A stretch of DNA of 64,000 nucleotides from Gnetum montanum (lineage: Eukaryota > Plantae > Gnetophyta), in NCBI GenBank assembly GCA_015680685.1, contig MNCI01001077.1, positions 501,627 through 565,626 on the forward strand, in the 5' to 3' direction. A model generated the notes under the pieces. That model was not told the DNA's origin. It saw only the letters and a list, made by a program, of their open reading frames with translations, and did no database searches. The position numbers were made by a program, and so were the translations under genes. Positions 27,563 through 37,426 of the stretch are shown in pieces (within the stretch, counting starts at the first letter, position 1; every line of letters begins with the position of its first letter).

Positions 27563-30500
27563 ATGAACACTGCGAACCCCAATGCTACAACCAAGCTCGT
27601 CACAGACATTGTAGGCACCATGGCCATTCAACAACCCATCGTACAACCCACAGTGGGGTCTCATCAGTCTCTTAGATTACAAGGGAGGAACCCATCATTT
27701 AATATCTAACTCAGGAGTAATACAATTTCATATGCGTAAAAATACAAGCCAACCTTGCTGTAGACCAAACGGAAATGGAAGTTAAGAGGCAATACGAACT
27801 CTTCTATAGGGGAGGACAAGAGTTCATCCCTTCCCCGTATGATATCATTCCTCTCCCAAAGCACTACTCTAAGCAGATCTCACAACTCCTCCTACAAAGG
27901 AGTCTATCTTTAGACCTATCTCTGACAAATCCTCAATTGGAAGAGGAAGATGACTTCGTAGCTCAATCCGAGCATGAAGATTCGTACCATACTCTTAGTC
28001 CACAGACCTATGTAAACCTGTTGTTTCATCTAGCCACAGGGGAAGTTACATCCCTCCAACCATTTAAAATCACCCAAGCACAAATACCTCAACAAGAATC
28101 ATCCACACTTATCCATATTCCACCTGTAATCAAGGTGCAACTCAACACACTCCCCCTTGCTATTCCCCTTGTTGCAACAATACCTCCATTCTTGCAAATA
28201 CAACCTCCTCAAATGACGTAGGAGCAACCTTCCCACCCCAAGTGATCAGGATGCCGCACATAATACTAGCTTCTACATCTGCTCATTACATACTATGGAT
28301 ACCAACCCAAGGAGCATCCTTTACAACTGTAACCCAATAAGTTCAGGGGAGTCCTACACAAAACATGACTGGGCAATGGACAATGATTGGTGCTCAATCA
28401 CATCAACCCCCCCATTATAACATACACCCTCACACAATTCTACCAGCTAACATCCCTCAAGGACAACCACGATAATAGCAACCCCTTACCTACAACATGC
28501 CACTCTTAGCACCACCTGCTACAAATATCCCGTAAGTACAACCTCCGACCACACAACTTTTTGCCTTCTAGCCCACTATCCAACAATCAAATATGTATAC
28601 TATACAACATCCCCAACCTGCTATCTCCCCTAGTGCCCAAGACTGGGCTGATGCCAAAAAGCTAATGTAGAAGCTAACTGATGAGGTCAAATGCCTCAAA
28701 ACAGCCCCCAACGGAGAGCTGAAGGTAGTGGACTTCTATCACGATGATCCTATCAGCAGTTTGGTTCCACCCCTAATATTACCCAAGGGTGTATCCTTAC
28801 CCACGCTAACTAAATACAATGGGGAGATAGACCCCAAAGCTTACCTTATAATGTTTAGACTAGAGTGCGCGCTACTTCAGGCATGGCCACATGCCATTCT
28901 ACGAGTGTTCCCCATGTCCCTTGCCGGGAGAGCACTTGATTGGTATCGGGCCTTACCACAAAACTCAATATCTTCTCTGAAAGATTTGTTACACCAATTC
29001 GTCACTAGGTTCAAGTATAACTTGAAGCCTGAAGCAACACTTGATAGCCTCATACAGGTCAAGCAAGCACCCCTTGAACCTGTCCAAAAATTCATCCAAT
29101 GGTGGAGTGCTGCTCTCAATGAACTCCATGAACTGATCCCAGAGACATATATCCTCACCATCCTAAAAGGGGCTATCAACAATTTTGTCAAATCCAAACT
29201 ATATTATCTCAATGCACGTACTCTGAGTCAAGCGTTTGTACAAATCAAAAACATAGAGGAGGCAGCACAAAACAGCCATGATCTTGCATATTCAGCTTTT
29301 AAGAATCAACATAGTAAGAAAGATAAAGAGAAGGTTAAAACAACTATAGTGGCATTAGAAGAAACACAACAAGAGAATGTGGGACAATAGAGAAAATCGC
29401 TTGTTTCCCCTACTGATTATGCTAAACTCGCTCCTATGACAGTACCTGAAGCATCTGCATCACAAAACCCAACACTAGGTCATATGAGAAACTTCGAGAG
29501 GAAGGACCCCTCTCAATCTACGCCATTGCCCATGAAGCCATTGCAGCTATTTAACCAACTCTTGAAGGCTAGATTGATGAAACATAAACAATTTTCCCCT
29601 GTAGAGATCTAAAGGCATGATCGATTCTGCCAACTGGTTTAGAACCTAAGCCTGGCAATGCCAGACGAGCCCTCGATACCAAAATGCTTTACAATGCATC
29701 ATTTTTATGATTATCATCAATTTAATGAGCATGGCATGGATTATTTTTTTCACCCTAAAATAAGATATCCAATGAATGATCAACGGAGGTTAGATCACTT
29801 TTGATGAAGCCAACCCAGTCCACCCACAAAACCAGGCCATGGGTGTATATAAAGATCCTTTAAATAATAAAGAGGCACCATATGTAATTAACACCATCTA
29901 CCTTGATAATGAATCGAAAACACTCAAGATTAACACTTTCCATTCCGATCATGAGCAGCAAACACCTAATAAACCATTTGTAGTGCGTATTTCTCCCACT
30001 GTACAAACACCTATGCCTCAACCATCATACTCCCCATAGAAACCTTATGTCATCTGAGTACCCCCCACCATAGAAACTTCTAACACACCAACATGCAAAA
30101 AATCATACGCGGTGCACGTACCTCCTACTGCTACTACTGCAAACACTCAAACACCTCCTATTTAGCCTGCTACCTACGTAGTCCGAGTGCCACCTATGGT
30201 CGCAACAGCGGAGGTACAACCTCTAGCTAGGCCAACTCCGTACATCGTTAGGACACCCGAATGTCCTGGTGAACACAAGTCCTCCATTTCACAAACATAG
30301 AATAAACCAATCCCCTATGTCATCAAAATGCCTAGCCAGCCTGACACTCAACCGCATGCAACTATCCAACTGCAACCCCGCCCTTATCCATATGTTACAT
30401 AGGTTCCAAAGCAACCTGAGGTTTTGAAACCAACTATACCCCCACGCCACACACGAGAACGCCTAGCAGACAAGCTTACACGCGAACGCTTGGAGAAGGT

Positions 30501-31759
30501 GCCTCAATGGCTAGCCGTAGGACCTCCTAAGCCTACCCCACTAAATGCAATACCCATGACACCACCTAACAATAAATGAAACACAGGCTATAAGGGTGAA
30601 TCATCCGGAAAACATCATACGCCCAAGTCAATGATTCCTGGTAAAGATGACAAACCAACTATGCATGAAATAAAACTGTTGGGCCCGATGGACCAAATCA
30701 TTGCCGACAAACATACGCCCAAAAGTAGAGATCTAGCAATAGCTCTAATGCAAGTCACACAGGAGCCTAAACAAAAAAAAGCTTCACTGAGCTTATACGA
30801 CTTGGTGTTAACATATCAAACCCATCACGAAGCTCTAGTGCGCATGTTAACATCTATCCCCAGTGAGCGAAGACTTGCCTCCAAATGAACCTTCAATTCA
30901 TGCGGTAATGCACTCACCTCAAGGGTCAACCCCTAAGCCATTAGGTTTCCACAATGACAACATCAAAGTAGATGAGAAAATGGGAGAGGTAACAACCACG
31001 CCTATGTTCATAACAATACAAATAAATCAATTCAAGATACATAGGGTCCATGTAGATGATGGAGCCGCTACAAATGTAGTACCCTATCCCATCGTCAAAC
31101 AATTGGGGCTTACGGAGCTAATTAGACCAACCGTCACCACGTGTTTGAAATCGTTCAGCGGATCGCACATGATAGTCAAAGGCACCGTGACTTTAGACTT
31201 TATAGCAGGGGATTAGTTCCCCACATCCAACAACTTTGTGGTAATCGATGAAACGCTAGGGTTCAACCTAATATTGGGAAGGCCCTAGTTAGCCCAACTA
31301 AAAGTAGTCTCTTCCCTTATGCACCAAGAGATTCACTTGCGTTATGAAGGTGGTGAAATCGTTATACATAGGGAGACTGCTAAATCTACCATCTCATCGT
31401 ATACAGACACAGATCAAGGCTCAGACGTTAAGCTCGAAGAGCCTAAACAAGATGATACAAATGAACAACAACCAGTAGGCGATAATCTCTTAGACACAAA
31501 GGAAAATTTACCCAAAATAGAAATACCTAGGCCTGAAGTTGTACATACACAGCCTCACTTAGAAACTACATCCGACACAGAAACCACAATACATGTAGAA
31601 GCGCTAGAAAGCACCAACGCGGGAACTATTCCATCAGATGTCCCTTGGGCTGAATTACCATTCAATATGATCAGTGAAGGAGATGCTGAATATAGAATCA
31701 TACCCATTAACGCTACTCCTAATGTTAAAATGAGAAAAATCAAAAAACTATTAAACTAA
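27563..31759 (+). pseudogene. gag: gag-protease of element C (in-frame stops and frameshifts)
   Basis: ORFs 27775, 28728 (Gag core), 30863 (aspartic protease VHVDDGAATNV...) and LGFNLILGRP.LAQL at about 31260. Confidence 0.9.
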
Positions 31760-31779
31760 TAAATGACATTCAATTCCAG

Positions 31780-31973
31780 AACGATGTTAAACTATCATGT
31801 CCGTAACGACATAAAACTAGCCATGATTAGAAATGGTCGGTCTACCAAGAAATCAACCTTTGTCACATGAAACTTTCCTTGCTTACGCTTGGCCCGAAAT
31901 GGCCTTAAACTAGTGCACATGGCCCGAAATGGCCTTAAACTAGTACACATGGCCTGAAATGGCCTTAAACTAG
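31780..31973 (+). repeat. 30-bp tandem array tggcccgaaatggccttaaactagtgcaca x3 plus degenerate AAACTA units
   Basis: Directly visible just after the gag-PR stop. Confidence 0.9.
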
Positions 31974-32347
31974 ATCATCTACCTACATTTTGTTTTTCTC
32001 CCGAATTCCAATTTATTGTTCGAATTTACGCTTACATTGTCGTGTTGTTAGTAACAATCTTTGCAATTAGCTTTCGCTTATAATTACATTCCTACTTATA
32101 ATTACATTCATGCACTACACTTAAACTGCAAAAAGAAACCAAAACGTTTTATATTGCCATGTCGTTTTTACATTTAAACTCAAAATACACAACAAAAAAA
32201 TATATAGAAATATATATACATGTAGTGATATACAGTTAGATAAGTACAAGAGTTAACTGATTCTATTCATCTGCTCAATACAACTCAAAAACATTCAATT
32301 TATGACTCACGTAAAAAATGTGAGTCAGAATAATTTCAAAGCAAAAA

Positions 32348-35300
32348 CTAAACATCAGGGACAGGAGGGTCATCCCCTTTAGACTCGCCAGCATCATGGG
32401 TCCCTACTCCATTGGGGCCAGCTTCTTGAACATCATCATCACCTCGACCCTATAAAATGTAAAAGAAACAATCAACACAAGAACAAAAAAGAAAACTCCC
32501 AAACATGACTCAATAAATGAATTTCATGGAAACAAAATGCTTACCAAAGGGGACCCCCCTAAACTGAATTCCAGTCGACGGAGAATTTCCTCTTCTGAGA
32601 CACTAGCCCAATCAGTCCCATCAAGGCCTAGATCGACATTTTCCAAGGCCTTCCCCTTGTCAATAGCCAACCATGTAGGAAGTTTCAAGGGGAATTCACC
32701 CATAGAGACCTCCCAAGAAGCAGTCGTGATTACCCTAGTAGGCGATTCCATCTCAATAGTTGTATTCTGAGCAAAGGTATCAAATGCAGAGCATAGACTT
32801 AGACCCTCTACAAACATTTCAAGCTGACGCTTTTCTATGGATACTTCCTTCAATGATTTCTTGTAATGTTGCTTGTGGTTCTTCTCATCTTGACCCCACT
32901 TACGCACCTTGGAAGCAAAAGCCTTCCAATCTTGGCACTTGAGGTTCAGTAGATCTACTTGGGCCTTACACTCTACTAGTTTCTGGGTCAGTGACATGTG
33001 GTGATTAAGTAGGTTCCAATATCTAGTATAAGTGATCTCAGAGGTTTGTCAAGAATGATCACCTATCAGTCCAGCTGAGGCAAACTCATACCGAGCCTTG
33101 TGATCATCACATTCAACTGAAAACTCAGAAACTTCTTTTTCCTTTGCTTGGATTTGCAACCATAACTATTCGATGGAATGCCTACAGGTCCACAGTGATT
33201 TGGCGTTATGTACAAGACCTTCCACCACCTCATCATAGACCATCCTGGGTATCTATTTAACTTCTGGGGGTAGTTTAGGCAAACTTTCAATGCTAATGGT
33301 CTTAGATGGATCCCACTTCAGCTTGGCACCTACGCACACAAAAGGAATGGACATTAAACATTAGATGACAAAAAAGGGATGTGAAACTCGAACGCTGTAG
33401 AAGGATCGAAACATTTGTACCTATCTCAGTGTGGGATTCCTAAATATGTTCAACAACCTCGTCGACGATACCGATCACAAAATCCATTTTACTTGGCATC
33501 TTTGTCCAAGAAAATGGTCTACAAGTACAAGGTGGACCAGCCTCAGGGGGCATTTCAGGGGGAGCCACCTTCATAGGTACTTCCAACCACATCGTAGGAA
33601 TTATCCTACCTTCATCTAGAAGGGATAAAAACATAAAAGTAAAACACCATAGAAACAATGATTCACCAAGCAACACAATAAAAAAAAAGGGAACATACCA
33701 TCTTCTCTAATCCCTTCCGGGTTTGGAGGTTCACCGAGGTCCAATCCTCCCTTAAGGAAGCTACTGAACATTTCATCAACACCACCTTGGTCATTGACCA
33801 GTTTTGTCTCCGTGGTATCTTCTGCTAGCTCCTTTGTCCCTTTTGCCTGATCCTTTCCGACCTCTTCCTTCTCAATTATTAAGTCTATCGTAGCTTCCTC
33901 CTCCTTGATGATGGTCTTTAACTCCTGTCTCCTCACTTCTCAAGTCAAGTATGAAGGCATTAGTTGCATGTAAGTAGTCAAAATGAAAATTATGAATAAG
34001 ATGAAAAGGATAATGCAATAAGTGCACCAAGCTTACTTACCTTGAATAGGCATTTTGAACCATATTCACTTCACCCTTGGCTCTTCCACATTTGAGGCCA
34101 CCTCTGTTGAGCATTCATGCTTCGAGAGCTTCAACTTGGCTTTCCCGATGGTTTCCTTGATGACACGTTCAGTTCTCTTTGTAGTATAGGGCACATCATC
34201 TAGTTCCAACCCCATACTATCAAGTGTATGTATTGAAGTACCAGATGACCCTCCTTTCGTGATGGACACAGATTCATGAATCCCCTCAGGTGCATCTTGG
34301 GACTCAGTTGTCTCAAACAAATGATTAATTCACATGTGAGATAATTGAGTACAATCCCGTAGAACATATTTGTTGGCCGCGTGAAATACTAAAAACTCGG
34401 CCAAGCAATGAAGATAGCTAGCAAAGAATGAAAATGTAAAATGGGACTGCGCCTCAATGTTTGAACCTAATCGCACTATCTCCTTATGAAGGCCTAGCAA
34501 CAAAAATTGAACCCAATTATAATGCATCCCAGTTTCTAAAATGGTTTTCATGATGTGCACAGCTTCCACCCCAAGACTCCTCACCTAGGACAGGGATTTA
34601 GGAAACACCCATGCCAAAAACAGGGGATACAATTCATTAACTTCCTTAACCTTTGATGTCCCCTATATAGGGAATCCCTTGGAGCCCTTGACAATGCCCA
34701 ACCAGTCCTCTAGCTCATGCACCATATGAAGCTCTTTCTGTGCCCTGTCCAAAACCACATTTACACCATCTACCAGTACACTGAATAGGTTTGAAAAGAA
34801 CTCGGTTGATAGATGGAAAAATATTTTGACACCCTTAATACAGGTGCTGTAGTAGGAGACAGACTTGTCAAATGTGTCCACAATCCTGATCATTTTAGTT
34901 ATGGACACATTAGGGCTCGGGGTTGTAAATAACTCCATAAGGCTGGCATCACCTAAACAACAAACAATAGATGGCGGGGCATTGGTGCACAACCATTTCT
35001 ATGCCTTCTTGATCTCCCCAAACTTCATTGACAGGGTACTCTCAATTCATCCTGTCTTAATAGGGTCTCCATCGGGAGGGACATCAACTATAAACACAAT
35101 TTGAAACCATCACATCAGTATGACCACTAGCAACCGAACAAACATACTAAGGCATCTAGGAAATATCATCACTAACCTTCAGTTGTGGACTTCGATGTAC
35201 TAGAACCCAAGTTAGCATCATGAGGAACAACTGGTCCATTGCATGACCAATCTCCATGCAGCCACCCACGAGCTGTGCACTGTGCAAACGCCCTGGAAAA

Positions 35301-36632
35301 ACATTTATGGAAATGGACAATGTCATCCTTCATCTAGGCTAATATAGCTCCGCTGAGGGTGGGATCCACCATAAAGGTCTCTAGACCAGTATGAACCAGG
35401 GCAAGCCCATCATCATTGACGCATGTCCCATCTTGGTTAACTTGTGGCCTGGAAAAGAATGGTCGTCAAAATAGGGGCAAACACTAAACGACAAAAATAG
35501 AAACGACAAACTAAACGATCTTACCTCTCTACCCGGTACACCATGCTAGGAGGGTTCTGAAATAACGTGTGCACAGATGTAGCCAGAAATAAGGTGTTAT
35601 TAAGATAGTCAGGCCCTCATGGCAATAGGTCCCACATGCATGCTAACGGGCGAGTAGATATGGGCCTACTAGAGGGACCATCCTCGATCACAAGCAGTCC
35701 CTCGTCAATGTCCACCATGAAGACCATGACGCCATACAAAGATCCAGGAAACATGGCTTCAAGTACGCTCTGCGCCACTTGTTTTCTCAGGTGTGATAAG
35801 ACCACCACCTTAAATCTGTCTAGGATGAAGGCAACGAATTCATAGGCCCCTTCCCTGAACCATACCCCATTGTTGTCAATAGTCATATTAGGGGTAGTTT
35901 CATCAATCTTAAGCAGCCCAAACCATGCTAGTACTCTAACTAGCTCAACTACCAAGAGGAAAGGCTCAGTGTCCCTGCAAGTAACTAGAATGGCATGATA
36001 AATCAACTATATACGAAAATGAGATGGAAAAACAAACTTCATGTTGAAGGCTAATACTTCAAAAAATTAAAAAACCATTTACGCTCAGCGTATACACTGC
36101 TTGAAAAGTGAAAACCATTTATGCTCAGTGTATACTCTGTGGAAATAATCTGTGGTATACGCTGTGAAAACAATCTACACTATACACTATGAAAACTGTT
36201 TCCACTCAGTGTATATGCTATGAAAACTGTCAACATACACGCTGTGAAAACCATCTACACTGTATGCTGTGGAAATTATCTACACTGTAAGCTGCAAAAA
36301 CCTTATACGCTCAGTGTACAGACCTTGTACGCTATGGAAATTGTCTATGCTTTAAACTGTGGAAACCTTCTACGCTCAGTGTATAGGCCCTTTACGCTAC
36401 CAAAACTATCTACGCTGTCAAGACTGTCTACGCTAGATAACAAGTATAGATGAAAAATAGTTAATAGAGATAGGATTAGAGCCTACCTGTGTGATGATCC
36501 AGGAAACAATGAAACCCTTGGTCTACGCAAACACTACAACATGGCCTCACTTTCTTTCGCAAAATTCAGGTCAGGCCCCTTCCTCCCCTGGCCTTCTACC
36601 TCCTTGCCCTTGCCCATTTCGGTGTCCTGCAT
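32348..36632 (-). pseudogene. Antisense multi-exon gene of element C (about 1,100 aa): FCP1/NIF-like pseudo-phosphatase, PMD/Transposase_32-like domain, coiled coil; several deamination stops
   Basis: GT-AG introns at 35449-35524, 35088-35176, 33616-33698, 33330-33420 and 32450-32544 join the minus ORFs in frame. Further donors lie at 36486 and 34040 (phase unresolved). A homolog is at 52390-56000. Confidence 0.85.
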
Positions 36633-36699
36633 GCTGAAATTAATGGGTTTACAATAGGGTCCGAACCCGAACGTCGAACTGAATCCTGCACGCTGAGTT

Positions 36700-37010
36700 T
36701 GAGCCTCTACGCTCACGCTCACACTGAGTTTGAGCCTCTACGCTCACGCTCACGCTCACGCTGATTTTGAGCCTCTACGCTCATTCTTACATTGAATTTG
36801 AGCCTCTACGCTCACGCTTACGCTGAAGTTCGAGCCTCTACGCTCTACGTTTATGCTGGGGTTTGAGTTTCTACGCTTACGCTGGGGTTTGTTCCGGTTT
36901 GCTTCAAGTTTACTGTGCCTCTAACAACTGACAGCCTTACGCTATATATAGTACCGCACCGACCCTGCCGCCGCCGCCTTCATCGCCGCTGCCGCCGCCG
37001 CCGCCGCCTT
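36700..37010 (-). promoter_or_regulatory. Putative promoter/5' UTR of the antisense gene
   Basis: TATATATA at 36943-36950, upstream (GCC)n tract 36966-37008, downstream tandem gagcctctacgctcacgct units; CpG-rich. Confidence 0.6.
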
Positions 37011-37214
37011 TGATTTCAATTAATATTTTATTAATTTTATTTAAAAATTATTCAAAATACAAAATAGAAAAAAATAATATATATAAAACAAAATGAACAC
37101 TATGACATGTTAATTCCCTCGTAAATCAACTTCGGATGCCCACACTGAACATTTTGGCACAAACTCTTTGATGCAAATTATAAGGTGACTAGGCATCGTC
37201 AAATGACACATTCA

Positions 37215-37370
37215 GCTCGGTATGGCCTTTAACTACCATGATGGCCCGGTATGACCTTAAACTGCCACACATGGCCTAGTAAGGCCTTAAACTGTCATAT
37301 TCGGCTCACATTTGGCCCAGTAAGGCCTTAAACTGCCACACACGGCCCGGTAAGGCCTTAAACGGCCATG
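37215..37370 (+). repeat. About 30-bp GGCCTTAAAC tandem array upstream of RT
   Basis: Five units of the type tggcccggtaaggccttaaactgccacaca, same family as 31890-31973. Confidence 0.9.
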
Positions 37371-37426
37371 CATCCTAGTGCGACAATACACCACCATTGT
37401 GCATGTACACATGATTTACATTACCA

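Noticed and set aside
31890-37370. Antisense cassette as an independent DNA transposon or host gene
   Set aside because: No TIRs or TSD seen, the flanking arrays are direct repeats of an element-wide motif, and the homolog sits at the same position in element D.
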